Positions 1-11,961 are shown, counted from the stretch's first letter. The stretch: DNA of 64,000 nt from the human T2T-CHM13v2.0 reference genome, Homo sapiens (GCF_009914755.1 NC_060937.1), one strand, 5' to 3'. The notes: generated by a model from the letters alone, not told the origin. Numbers and translations are program-made.

Positions 1-610
1 TGTATTGCTGCATTCCCTTAAAGAAATCTGGCATTTCTCTTAGAGCTTATGTTATTGTACTGCTGTTCTACCACAAGCTCATGCTTGCGGGTAAAGTGCT
101 GGTCGCTCTTGAAGTTCAGGCAATAGACCTTACCCATGTCCAGTCTTCTTTTTCAATAAGTTTTTATTTAATAAATAAATGTTAACAGTTTCTATCATGC
201 AAAGTACACATGCAGTGGCTCCAGCCTCTTTGCTGGGACTCTTTGAAGAGGTTTAACTAGCTAGCAACTAACAACTTTCAAGCCTTTGTAGGCTCATCCT
301 ATAAGTCTAATGTGAAGGTTCTATGTAAATGAATGAGGGTTTAAAAAACTACTATATGTGAAAGGAAAAACACGATCGATTACTGCTAAGAACATATAAT
401 TAAGTTTAGTCAATAAAGTATTCTGTAAGGAACTTGCTTTAATAAATATAAAAATGATGTTGTTTAAAGAGATTTTCATGAATTTTAAACATTAGCCCTG
501 GCATTCATTTGTAATATAGGGAAAAATTTTGCTAAGGTCGAAATTTGGCTCATTCCTGGTTCAAACTTTAAGAAATCCCATATTATTGGAGTCACATTAG
601 TATAGTTCAG

Positions 611-754
611 CTCTATTTACAAATCGCATTGGATACATTTGAGTTGGGATGTATAGGGACAGTTTTCCTGAAAGTAGAGCTATTTCGTCAGAATAAGTTC
701 CCACCCAGCTGATTCATCATACCCTGAAATGCCATGCTATTTCTGAAACATTTG
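611..754 (+). pseudogene. Myosin pseudo-exon: motor region before the HYAG motif
   Basis: ttcag| then 144 nt in one frame: LYLQIALDTFELGCIGTVFLKVELFRQNKFPPS*FIIP*NAMLFLKHL. Resembles LLD..TFL.KL....F..PR....F.I.H(F/Y)AG. TGA at 710 and 725. Confidence 0.5.
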
Positions 755-1160
755 GTTAAGCCAGCTGATATTTTTAAGTAGATGTTATCACCTCTCCTCT
801 AAGGCTAAACAAACATATCTGTCTCCACCTAGGCTAGAAGTTTAAGGGATAATATGTGTGCACATTAGACTCATAGATTTTACCAAATGAAATATTCTAC
901 TCTACGATAGCATTTCTTTTTCAAAATATTAATCTAGTCTTCACCATTAAGACACAGCGTTCTTTACTTTCATAATAGGTTTTGCTTCTCATTATAAAAA
1001 TAGTACATATCCATCATAGTAAGTTTAGAAAACATAAAGTGAAAGAAAAGTCACCTCTGATTCCATGGTTCAGAGATATTGCGAATGTATTAGTTTATAT
1101 TCTTCTAGTCCTTTATTTTTCTTGTGCTTATAAAAATATCTTTTAAAAATGATAATGTAG

Positions 1161-1448
1161 GGCCAGGCGTGGTGGCTCACGCCTGTAACCCCAGCACTTT
1201 GGGAGGCCAAGGCAGGCAGATCACCTGAGGTCAGGAGTTGAGACCAGCCTGGCCGACGTGGTGAAACTCCGTCTCTACTAAAACTACAAAAATTAGCTGG
1301 GCATAGTGGCACATACCTGTAATCCCAGTTACTAGGGAGGCTGAGGCGGAAGAATCGCTTGAACCTGGGAGGCAGAGGCTGCATTAGGCCAAAATCGCGT
1401 CACTGCACTCCAGCCTAGGCAACAGGGTGAGATTCTGTTGAAAAAAAA

Positions 1449-1478
<30 letters not shown>
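1161..1478 (+). mobile_element. AluS with A/(GAAA)n tail
   Basis: GGCCAGGCGTGGTGGCTCACGCC start, dimeric body, TSD gataatgta on both sides. Confidence 0.97.
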
Positions 1479-1482
<4 letters not shown>

Positions 1483-1720
1483 ATGTACTTATTACTGGGT
1501 AACCTGCTTTTTAAAAACCAGTATATCATAAACTTTCCTCCAATCCACTAAATATTATTCTACATAATATTAATGGCTGCATTAAATTATGTTTTAATAA
1601 ACATTTTACATTAACAAAGGAAAACAAAGTGCACTAGCACTTTCTTGTTTAAATCATTGCTTGGGAGAGCACTTTCTAGGTAATTCATGATTTATAGCAC
1701 AAGGCATGCAATAAATTTAG

Positions 1721-1834
1721 CGGTCATAATGATTCATCAAATTATTTTATGATAGTGACTTCCTACAGAGAAAGGAGCTGCAATAATTGAACTTGAAATC
1801 AAGTACCTAAGATTTGCAGAAAGTTTAAAATAAG
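1721..1834 (+). pseudogene. Myosin pseudo-exon: V.YD...D.L / L..KSS...L helix
   Basis: VI(y)DSSNY, a frameshift, then DSDFLQRKELQ*LNLKSST*DLQKV*. Compare myosin V.Y....FL.KN.D.L and ETVVGLYQKSSLKLLSTLF. Confidence 0.4.
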
Positions 1835-2090
1835 TCCATGTACCATATAACTTTCTTAATATTTGCATCTGTAAAATCAATGTAGTACTGAGAGATGAAA
1901 GAGATCTCAAGAGAGGACCTAGTTCACCCATTTCACCATAATCTGTTTAATTTGCATATCTTAATTTGAAACATCACTATACAGAAATCTTCACAGATTT
2001 TGTCTCTGATTTTTTTTAACATCTATGAATAAAATTCTACAATTGCCTTTACTAGCACCTGCCTGTGTTTAATAATGTCTACTGTCCATG

Positions 2091-2702
2091 CCTCAAAAGC
2101 GTTTGACCCAGAGCAACTCCATCTTGCACAGGGGCTGGGTAAAAGAAGGCTGAGACCTACTGGATTGCATTTCCAGGAGGTTAGGCATTCTAAGTCATAG
2201 AATGAGATAGGAGGTCGCTACCAGATACTGGTCATAAAGACCTTGCTATTAAGACAGTTTGCAGTAAAGAAGCCAGCCAAAACCCACCACAACCTAGACG
2301 GTGAAGAGAGTGACCTACAGTCGTCCTCACAGCTTATTATATGCTAGTTATAAAGCATTAGCGTGCTGAAAGACACTCCCACCAGCGCCGTGACAGTTTA
2401 CAAATGCCATAGCAATGTCAGGAAGTTATCCTATATGGTCTTAAAAGGGGAGGAGCCCTCAGTTCCTAGAACTGCCCACCCCTGTCCCAGAAACCTCGTG
2501 AATAATCCACCCCTTGTTTAGCAAATAATCAAGAAGTAACAATAAGTATCTTTGGTTGCGTAGCCAGTGGCGTAGCCATTCTTTCTTCCTTTACTTTCCT
2601 AATAAACTCGCTTTCACTTTATGGACTCACCCCGAAATCTTTCTGGCATGAGATTCAAGAACCCTCTTTTGGTGTCTGAATCAGGACCCCTTTCTGTTAA
2701 CA
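2091..2702 (+). mobile_element. MER41B solo LTR (ERV1)
   Basis: Matches recalled MER41 consensus (GCGTTTGA..CCAGAGCAACTCCATCTTG ... AATAAACTCGCTTTCACTTT ... TAACA). 4-bp TSD CATG at 2087-2090 and 2703-2706. Retains the GAS-bearing segment. Confidence 0.92.
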
Positions 2703-2796
2703 CATGAATTCATTGCATCTCCCATATAACTTAAATCTCTCCCACTGCGTTTTGGCTACCTCCCTGCTGCCGCCTCCTCTGTTCATTTCACTGTAG

Positions 2797-2950
2797 AGGA
2801 AGAACATCTGGTTGCTAATTCTTTCTTTCAAAGATGCTTTCCAATGTGTTGATGAGTAACTTGCGGAGTAGAATAGACCTGCAGGTGGGCTGCCAGGCAT
2901 TCCAGCTGAGATGACCGTCAACAGATCAGACACACGATACCTTACGGAGT
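2797..2950 (+). pseudogene. Myosin pseudo-exon: loop 2 exit, W-helix, VRC.P region
   Basis: Acceptor ctgttcatttcactgtag|. With small frameshifts reads GRTS-VANSF-KDAF-NVLMSNLRSRIDLQVGC-IPAEMTVNRSDTRYLTE. Compare TV...F(K/R)..LNKLMTNLRSTHPHFVRCI.PN...FD..YV..Q. V and C fall at the exact spacing from LRS. Confidence 0.75.
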
Positions 2951-3647
2951 GGTGTCATTTCCATTTCATATTTATTTTCACCCGCTGGGTGTATGGCACT
3001 CTAAACAAAGTGTTTACCGTGAAAGCGATCTTGAGATTCAGTGAAACCGGTGTCACTGAACGTGCTACTTAAGTCACCATTGTAGAATATTTGACAACGT
3101 TGAAAGTGATAAAATGAAAAAACATTTAGAAGTAGCTACTTCCCCTCTGTGTTTACTCAGCCAGTGAGGGCTAATTGTTGTGTTGACAACCCAGGGCTTC
3201 TACTTGGCTAATTCTGTGATCTTTTGAAATGTTAATTACAGTTTCCGTGATGTCATTGTTTCTCCTTCCACAGTTTTAGATGAAACGGGGTACCTTAACT
3301 TTATCTTTTTTTAATGAGCTAACCTGACTGAAATGAATTGATCTTTTACCTCTTAGCGGGGAATCTTCTGTCTGGGACACATGTGTGGGTTTCCCCCAAT
3401 CTCTCACAATACCATTAGCTACCTTGAAGGAGCAGATGCCGCCTAATTAACATTTCCTCTCTTGATGTCTCCCTGCAGTTCTTCATTTCTATCGTTCTGT
3501 TTTTAGATTTACAATGAGTTTGTAAATTTACAAAATAATGATTTGTTATGTTAATTTGAAAATGCAGTGATTTTTTTCCCCTCCTGTTGTTTTCTCTCTC
3601 CCTGTCCATTTAAGCTGTTAATAAATAAATTAATAACAACTTTCACT

Positions 3648-3954
3648 GGCCAGGTGTGATGGCTCACGCCTGTAACCCCAGCACTTTCAGAGGCCGAGGC
3701 AGGCGGATCACCTAAGGTCAGGAGTTCGAGACCAGGCTGGCCAAAATGTTGAAACCACATCTCTAGAAAAATACAAAAAAAAAAAAAAAAAAGCCAGGCA
3801 TGGTGGTGGGTGCCCATAATCCCAGCTACTCGGGAGGCTGAAGCAGGAGAATCTGCTTGAACCTGGGAGGCACAGGTTGCAGTGAGCCGAGCTTGCGCCA
3901 CCGCACTCCAGCCTGGGCAACAGAGCAAGACTCCATCTCAAAATAACAATAATA
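3648..3954 (+). mobile_element. AluS
   Basis: Full dimer; TSD aata(a)(c/t)aactttcact. Confidence 0.97.
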
Positions 3955-3964
3955 ATAATAACTT

Positions 3965-4165
3965 TCACTATAGAGTCTCTGTATGTGCCAGGCACAGTTC
4001 TATGTGTTTATACAGATAAACTCAGTTAATTTATATGCCCCTCTACAGTAAAAAAAAAAAAAAAAAAAAAAATCCTGTGAGGTGGATACTGTTTTTAATT
4101 CTTCCTTACTGAAGAGGATAGTCTTTAATTAGAATAATTAACTTGTCCGAAGTTACTGAACCAGG
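3965..4165 (-). mobile_element. MIR fragment with internal poly-A
   Basis: tatgtgccaggcacagttcta ... cctgtgaggtggatact ... aacttgtccgaagttac. Confidence 0.6.
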
Positions 4166-4229
4166 TGTGTTTATTCGCTTAAAATAGGGTCATGTGTTAA
4201 AAAAGTCTTCAAAGGAACTTAGAAGATCT

Positions 4230-4900
4230 GAGGCTTAGACAAAATGATTGGGAGAATGATTGAGATAGAGTAAGACAGAGATGTCCTCCCTCTCTGCTAG
4301 AAAAAGATTTCCCTGGCTGGGTGGACTGCCTGAGAGCAAGGCGCTGGAATAAGAGCAGACGTGTCAAAGAGGCCCAGGCAGGGGACTCCACAAGGTGCCT
4401 CCCAGCGAGTTCTGGGCAGGTGGCAAAGCCCAAGAAAGGCTTTTTTGGTGAAAACCCAAGGAAGATGTCAAAAAAGAAATGGCCCCAGTGATTCCAGGAC
4501 TCTTAATGGTATAGAAGTCACAGGAGGATTCTCAGGGTCTTCAGAAGTAGAGCTACGAGACCTGAGAGGCCGAAGGACAGAAACCAGCACCATTTCACGG
4601 CGCACAGGTTCTATCTCCAGCCTAAAATCACAGAGGCCCATAGACATCCCAGCAGATACCTGCAGAGCCAGGTGACCTGAGAGAGCCACAAACCCTCCCT
4701 GGGGTCCCCGTCCCCTTCCCATGCTAAGACAATCCCCAAGAAAAGTTGAAAGAAACACAAAATTGACTGAGATTAAGGTTCTCCTGTCCTCATGGAGTAA
4801 TGGCTTAAAATAAGAAAGTGGATGCCTTGTTGAGAAATATAGACAGTTGCATTTCTTGTCCATGGCTTCATGCTATGCATGTCAGGAGGCTGACGTGAAT
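4230..4900. mobile_element. Possible ancient LTR (MamGyp/LTR81-like)
   Basis: Composition and the motif agttgcatttcttg resemble old Gypsy-class LTRs; boundaries unclear. Confidence 0.25.
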
Positions 4901-5048
4901 GTATCTGATGCATTCATTTGAAGCTTTACCACTTCTATAGAATTATTGCTGTACTGCTGTGAAGAAACTTTGTTTTCTTCTCTTTTGAAATAATTGATTT
5001 TATGATAGGTTATCTGACTTTTAAAACTATCTGCTCTTTATGTAGTAG

Positions 5049-5113
5049 ATTGCTATTCAGGAATATCAATGGTGGGAACCATTCAGGGCATCTGAGTGAC
5101 TGCTAAAGTTTGG
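5049..5113 (+). pseudogene. Myosin pseudo-exon: SH2/SH1 helix
   Basis: AAT GGT followed by 5081-5113 IQGI*VTAKVW, aligning without gaps to (NGV)LEGIRICRKGF; TGA at the Arg position. Confidence 0.6.
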
Positions 5114-5274
5114 AAAGCCCCCCTTAAAAATCACATTACATCGCAAAGACTTGATATGTATGATTTAAATAAAGCGTAAAAGAAATGTATGCTATCAGAA
5201 GTCAGAAGAGTGGCTGCCCTTAGGGGTGGGGGTGTTTACTGGAAGGGAGGATGGGGGAGTATCTGGAAAAGTCA

Positions 5275-5701
5275 TTATTATGAATTGAATTATTTTCCAC
5301 CTCCTTTCCCCTGCCAAAAATATGTTGAAGTGTGATCCCCAGTACCTGCAAATGTGATCTTATTTGGACATAGGATCTTGGCAGATGTCATCAAGTTTAA
5401 TTCAATATGACCAGTGGAGAGGATACCCCGAGATGCATACACACAGAAAGGCCGTGTGAAGCTGGAGGCCGAGATTGGGATATGCATCAATGAGACAAGG
5501 AACAGCATGCACTGCCAGCCATCACCAGAGCTCGGAGAGAGGCACGGGACAGATTCTCCCCCATGCCCACCAGAAGGAACCAGTCCAGCCAACACCTTGA
5601 TGTCAAACTTCTAGCCTCAGAACTGTGAGACAATAAAGTCCTGTTTGCAGCCCCCCAGTTGGTGAGACTCTGTTTCAGCAGCCCTAGGAATTGAACGCAC
5701 A
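5275..5701 (+). mobile_element. MLT1B/C LTR (MaLR)
   Basis: aatgtgatcttatttgga..taggatcttggcagatgt; ggccgtgtgaagctggaggccgagattgg; agaactgtgagacaataaa; gcagccctaggaa. Confidence 0.88.
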
Positions 5702-7079
5702 GGTCACGTTCTGTCTCCTGGACTGAATGCTGGTTACACGAGAGCTTGTGAAAATTCAGTGAGATGTGGACTTACCAATTGTGCATGTTTTTCTTGTATA
5801 CAACACTTGAACAAAGGAATCAAAAAATATATGTCACAAAGCAGATGCTTGGAGGAAGTGTTGGAAAAAGCCCTTTCTTGCACTTAGCTGGCAGAATGAA
5901 TTCCACTCTTCTGTGGTCACTACCTTCCTGTGCTTTGGAAGGTACTTTGAGGGGAACCATGTGAAAACACGATGTTCAGAAACGGTCACAATAGAAGCCA
6001 TGCAGAGAAAGTGAGTGTAACTGAGAGGGCTCACATCTCACGGAGAACGATGGCCCTCTCTTAGAGGACAAATAAAGGGAAACAATGGTTTGTAAATGGG
6101 AAGGAAATTTGATTTCTCTTTCCTTGTGCTTATCTGTTCACCTGATCACCACTGTTGTGTCAGCTGTAATTGGAACTCGTTCTTTGCCAGGCCCTGCGGT
6201 TGGGGGGATTTGCTCACTTCTAGCAGCCCCCGACTTTGTTTCCTAGCAGATGCCCCCTGTTTGTCATGGAAGCTTCCACAGATAAGAGAAAAGGAGAGTG
6301 GAAGGAAGCGTAAAGAAGTCTGAGCCACAGGGAGTCCCTCCAGACCCGGGAAACACTTGGAAACTTTTCTTACAACTGTCACTGGTATTAACTTCTAACC
6401 CATTAAACTCGCTTACAGGATAGCTTTAGTCAATGAAGCAGGATATGGCCTTTTCTTGGCCTCTCCATTTCCAATTCCAGCAAAATGAATGAAACACAAA
6501 AAGTTCACAAGGGGATCGGCTGGGGAGGCAGAGCCGGGAGTTGGTGTCGGAAAGAGCTTTTAACTGGCCTGACCGTTACTGTCCTTTCCCATTTCAACTT
6601 TTATCTGCCCATTAACTCCTTAAGTGTGCTCATCCATCCATCAAAAAGAAAAGAAAAAAAAATCCCAAATGATGTGTGAAAAGATCTTCTGGGTGTTGCT
6701 AGGTCTAGCGTGTCATCTCCTAAATTTGTCCAAACGTGATTGGCTTCTCATCGAGACAAAATGACTCTGTTTTATGAATGGTCATTTGTGATTTCTTAAA
6801 ACTTTTATCTTTAAGATTTCTTTGAAGTATTTGAAATTATTTCTGTTTCTAACAAAATGAAGAGGTAACTTCCCCAAAATATTGCAGGGTGAATTTTTAT
6901 AAATGAAGAGTGTTTATGATCAGTTTTCAGCGATTGTATAAGGATTACTTATACAATCTCACACGACTTTCTTTGAAGTGTGTCAAGTTAATGATTCTGC
7001 TTATGGTGTAAGGACAAAGTATTTAATAAAATATTTAGAACTTTGATTTATAAAATAAAAACAAGCTAATTGTTTATAG

Positions 7080-7253
7080 GCATCCATATCTATTTGCTAA
7101 ATTTATATGTGATAGGTCTTTGCTCAGATCGTTGCTAACAAAATTCTGTTGAGGTCCAAAAAAAAGTTAATTCTTGATAGTAAAAGGGATCCAGCTGACA
7201 GGGTTCAGTAGCTAAGAAATTCAAATAGAAGTAGCACTCAATCTGGGTCAAAG
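7080..7253 (+). pseudogene. Myosin pseudo-exon: GYP..F..F..RY.IL and converter
   Basis: gctaattgtttatag|G CAT CCA TAT CTA TTT GCT AAA TTT = (G)HPYLFAKF, then ..KILL..; donor CAAAG|gtattc after ..LGQ(R). Confidence 0.55.
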
Positions 7254-7694
7254 GTATTCATTCACTCCATTAATTGATATAACATTCAATGAAGTTATTA
7301 ATATAAGAGATGTAAAAGATTAAGTCCCTGCACCAAAATCTCTACAGTCTTGGAAAAGATGTGAATATCAGATTAAAGCAACCTAAATACACTTCAAGAC
7401 AGATGTGAAAATCTTATAATCTGTACATAGTAATTGCTGAGATGATGAAAGTATACATAAAATGTCCAAGAACTTGAGACAGATGCATTTCCTTCATGAT
7501 CGTTACACAGAGGTGACAACATCTGATGTTTTATATCATTGGCCCTTCTCATTTATCCGGGCTTTGTGTCCCCACCCACAAAATAAGATTTAACTTCCAG
7601 ATAATCTCTTTACAGCCATTATCTCCTTTTACTACTATTATCTCATGATTATTGTTTGGAGCATGAGAACAATTTCTCATATAGAAAATAAAGA

Positions 7695-7982
7695 GGCCAG
7701 GTGTGCTGGCTCATACCTGTAATCCCAACACTTTGGGAGGCTGAGGCAAGCAGATTACTTGAGGTCGGGAGTTCAAGACTAGCCTGGACAACATGGTGAA
7801 ACCCTGTCACTACTAAAAATACAAAAATTAGCCAGGCGTCATGGCGAGCACCCGTAATCCCAGCTACTCAGGAGGCTGAGGCAGGAAAATGGCCTGAAAC
7901 CGGGAGGTGGAGGTTGCAGTCAGCTGAGATCGCACCACTGCACTCCAGCCTGGGTGACATAGTGAGACTTGGTCAAAAAAAA

Positions 7983-7983
<1 letters not shown>
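7695..7983 (+). mobile_element. AluS
   Basis: Full dimer running into a purine microsatellite. Confidence 0.97.
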
Positions 7984-8026
<43 letters not shown>

Positions 8027-8077
8027 AGAAGGAAGGAAGGAAGGAAGGAAGGAAGGAAGGAAGGAAGGAAGGAAGGA

Positions 8078-8129
<52 letters not shown>

Positions 8130-8160
8130 AGGAAAGAAAAAGAAAAGAAAGAAAAGAAAA
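7975..8160 (+). repeat. (GAAA)n-(GGAA)12-(GAAA)n compound microsatellite from an Alu tail
   Basis: Read directly; GGAA x12 at 8031-8078. Confidence 0.97.
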
Positions 8161-8203
8161 GCGCAGTTTGGTCACATGCCTTTAGTACAGTGTTATTTTT
8201 TAG

Positions 8204-8264
8204 GACAAAGCTCATTTTTTACACTGAATCATCTGTTTACAATATTAATAAACTGGCATGTTAG
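8204..8264 (+). pseudogene. Myosin pseudo-exon: TK(L)IF converter strand
   Basis: tgttattttttag|G ACA AAG CTC ATT TTT. Joined to 7253 it reads LGQR-TKLIF (cf. G.TKIF). 3' end uncertain. Confidence 0.45.
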
Positions 8265-8717
8265 GGCAAGGGCTGCCTAGTATATGATGAGCAGGATGTG
8301 GACAAGAATCAGAATCCAAATTCAATTTTAGACACAACCACTATTTAACTTAGCTCAGCAAACAGAATTCAATATGTGCCAAGCACTGTGCTACGTTTTG
8401 GGATTTGAGGATCAGTATCCTCTGCATGTATTTATGTGCCTGGTATGGCCTATATTTGCCACCTATGTCTAGTTCACTTTCTTACCTAGGATCTCCCTTA
8501 GAGTAGGAAACATGACATCATTTGAATGAAAGTGAATATTAGAGGAAGGCCTGGCTTTGTAAGAGTCCAGTCCGATAAAGAAGATGAGTGTGGACACAAC
8601 TATGACAGCATCAAACTGAGCACACTCAGACACAGAAACACGTGCACACACGGTCTAGAGATGGGTGAGCTAATTCTGGCTCCAGGAGTGGGCTGGATGT
8701 AGGCGGGGAAGGGGATT

Positions 8718-8763
8718 CAGTTTAAGTGGGGGGACGGGGGCGGTTTAAGTGGGGGGACGGGGG
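8718..8763 (+). repeat. 23-bp tandem duplication, G-quadruplex motif
   Basis: c(a/g)gtttaagtggggggacggggg x2. Confidence 0.9.
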
Positions 8764-8843
8764 ACCCTTTTATGTAGAAAATGATGCTTTCCCAGTTAAC
8801 TAATTACTCCAGAAACCCTCGAAACTGTATTTCCCACTCTCAG

Positions 8844-8987
8844 CACAGCTCTGCAAGTGTTCATAGCCACGCTTTCAAGTAAACAAAGTAATGTCACACT
8901 CATGATGGAGCGATGTCTGTCCAGGAGACTCTTCCGGAGCTAACAGAAGGCACAAATAGGAGCAGCTCGCAGAGCTAAGGCCAGGAG
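8844..8987 (+). pseudogene. Myosin pseudo-exon: degenerate IQ motifs
   Basis: Acceptor tgtatttcccactctcag|, donor GAG|gtaggt; reads ..VTLMMERCLSRRLFRS*QKAQIGAARRAKARR. Confidence 0.45.
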
Positions 8988-9359
8988 GTAGGTCAGGTGC
9001 ATGGTGACACTCGAGAAAGGTGAAAGCACAGCAGACCTCCTTGCCGTAAAACTGTGCCTGCAGCAAGGCCTGAGCACAACCATATTGGAATGTGAAGATC
9101 CTGCAAGTCCAGCATGCTGTCTACACAGCTGCCTTGTATTTAAATTGTTCAAAGACTTCTTTTCCCCCTAATCTGCTAATTCCTCAATTCCTCTGGTGTT
9201 GAGATTCCCAGAAAAGTCCTCTCAGGAGAGCTGATAACTCTATCCACACTAAGAACCAGCAAGCACTTTTGTGTGTTGGGGGGTGGAGGCGGGGTTGCGG
9301 GAGGCAGGCTGGAACACTATTTTTTGTCTTCTTTTTCCTCTATATTTTTCCCTACCCAG

Positions 9360-9465
9360 GATTCCAGCAGGCAGCTATTGCTCTGGGAGCCTTTGCCTGA
9401 GGAAGCTGTGCAAGGCTAGAAAATAGAAGCTGCTTCTTAAAGCTCTGATTTTCATTTGCAGAAGT
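9360..9465 (+). pseudogene. Myosin pseudo-exon: IQ motif plus start of the next IQ
   Basis: Strong acceptor and AGT|gtaagt donor; FQQAAIALGAFA*GSCAR, a frameshift, then LQK-T| about 24 codons later. Confidence 0.7.
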
Positions 9466-10254
9466 GTAAGTATGTGCAGAGCGAGACTGCCCCGATTGCA
9501 CCTGGTGGGCTTCGGAGAGCAGGCAGAGAGCCCAGCTGAAGGAAAAAGCTGTTCCCAGAGTCAGGGGAGGAAGGAGTTCTTTGGTCCTCGACTTGCAGGA
9601 ACCTGCGCCCTGGCTACGTGGAGGTGGCTGAGCCTCCAGACCTGCAAGGACCACATGAGACCTGGAAAGATCTCCACAAGCCCTGGGGACAGAGGATGAC
9701 ACAGTAGTATCTAAGATTGCATTCCCCAAAATGCTGGTGCCCTGGGGTGGGGGTCAAAGCCAGGGAAGCCAGTTTACAGAGAATAAAGTAACATTTCTTC
9801 CCCACTTCCTTCTGTTGGCTGAAAGTAATTCCTTCTACAATAATTATGTTATATTTACTGTTTTACATAAAACACAATGAGTTCAACTGATCAATTTTCA
9901 ATTTATCAATTTATCAAAATAAACATGCTTATAAATGGATTTAATTTAAGCCTAGTTATTGGGGGAAGTGGGAAAAATACCTATAGCTTCCAACAAACTT
10001 CTGTTCCTTCATTATTTAATATATTTCATATTTAATAATGTTAATATTTCGTAACAGAGCAACAAGGGAAAGAAACCAATTTTTTTTTTAGTGCAGAATG
10101 TTATAATTTTAAGATGTAAGAGTTTCTTTTGAAAGTTATTTTGTAGTCTATTTTATATTTTGAGCTTTTTATGACAAGAACATGATACGCAGAAAGATCT
10201 CTTTAAGTATTTTTGTTGGATGGCTGATTTGATTAATGAAGGGAACTTGCAGTT

Positions 10255-10750
10255 TATTGGAGTATACAGTGGCACAAATTTGGGAAGGTGACTTCACAAC
10301 ATTAACAAGCAGCTTAAAATTATTCATAGCTTTTGATCCTGAAGTCCCATTTCTAGGTATTTGTGCTAAGGAAATAATTACAGATATATGCAACAATGAA
10401 CAGAATGCTCAGCTGAGTGGGGTTTAGAAAAAAATTTTAAAATTAGAAAGAACTCTAATATCTCAAAATAAGACCCCGGCCAAATAAGAATGGCCCATTA
10501 TATAATGAAATGCATTCAGCCATTATAAATTACGTTTGTATAAATTATGTGTTTGTTGTATATTCTTAAGATAAACTCAGGTATTCAAACAGATGAGATA
10601 TCCTTTCTCTACCCAATCTATCTGGCTTGTGTGTGTTTATGGGATTTTAATTTTCTCCTTTTTTACATGTATTTTCTTAATTTTCCTCAATGGCAAATCA
10701 TTACTACTAAAATAAGAAAAAAAATTAATAAAATATGTAAGACTAAATTT
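10255..10750 (+). mobile_element. Old L1 (L1ME-like) 3' fragment
   Basis: cttttgatcctgaagtcccatttctaggtatttgtgctaaggaaataat. Confidence 0.7.
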
Positions 10751-10914
10751 TAAAAAGAAAAATGTGAATATAGGTTGTCACATTTCTTTTTGTTCAATAA
10801 AAAGAAAAAATATATTAAAAAGGATAGTGATTATCATGTATCAGTCGAAGTTATCTTTATTTTGCTTAAGATTTAGTAACAGACTTTAATCTCAATAATA
10901 CTTTTTTAATTTGT

Positions 10915-11325
10915 AAAGAGTATTTTTTAGAGCACCTGCAGATATACAGAAAAATTGAGAAGATAGTATAGAGAGTTCTCATGCAGCCTCTCCCATTTTT
11001 CCCTATTACTAACACTTTACATTAACACGGTACATTTGTTACAATTAATGAACCAATATTGATAGACTGTTTTAATCAAAATTCCATAGTCTCTTTAGAT
11101 TTCCTTAGCTGTCACCTAATGTCCTTTCTCTGTTTTGGAATCCCATCCAGGATTCTACATTACATTTGGCCATCACGTCTCCGTGGACTCTTCTTGGCTG
11201 TGACAGTTTCTCAGACTTCCCTTGTTTTGATCCCCTTGACAGTTTGAGGAGGACTGGCCAAGTATTTTGTAGAATGTCCCTGTATTAAAAATTGTCTGAT
11301 GTTTTTCTCATGATTGGACTGGGGC
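10915..11325 (-). mobile_element. L1MC-type 3' end
   Basis: acagaaaaattgagaagatagtatagagagttc ... catttgttacaattaatgaacc ... ttttgtagaatgtccc. Confidence 0.8.
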
Positions 11326-11907
11326 TTCAACAATATATTCAAAACAATCCTTCTCACATCCTGCCCTTCAAAAAAAAAAAAATCATACCCTCAAACATAA
11401 CAAAATCCCCCGGCCTCGACTCAGGATGATGTTATGTATCTTGTAATTCATTGACAAAAATGCAAAATGACACTAAATACTGCAGGCTGCAGGCCTTTCC
11501 ATTAGTAACCTCACCCCTAGGTACAAATAAACATCATTTAATGGAAGTTCCATCCATGCAGGAGCCTGATCTTTGGCCTCCTGGGTTACAGGACGCTCTT
11601 GTTAGTTCCCTCCAGCACCTCCTCCACATTTTGAATTTTAATGGGGCTGGGAAACCTGTGGGTTAGAAGTGTATTGGTGTTATTTCCTGTTTCCACTTCA
11701 GTTAGCCTCCCAACTTTCTGATTTGACATGAATTTCAGGAGTGAACGCAATGTACACAACCGGGAACAAATATCTAATTTTTTTCTTCTTTAATATGGCA
11801 ACTTTTAAAAGATGGTGCAACTTTAAAAATAGCAAATATTATCACATTATTAGGAAGGAAACTTTTTATAAAACTTGAAACGTACTAAGAGGTCCAAGTC
11901 ACATATA

Positions 11908-11961
11908 AAGTGCTTGCAAAAACTAGTTTTTTTGCTCACTGCCTAGTTTTTGCAAGCACTT
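11908..11961. repeat. Perfect 19-bp inverted repeat, 16-nt loop
   Basis: aagtgcttgcaaaaactag / ctagtttttgcaagcactt. Confidence 0.95.

Noticed and set aside
1-90. CIAAFP*RNLAFLLELML as the myosin I.F.DN...LELI motif
   Set aside because: Position fits, but the match is too weak to list as a separate exon
4209-4863. Overlapping 74-131 aa ORFs
   Set aside because: No recognisable domain or splice context; probably old LTR-derived sequence
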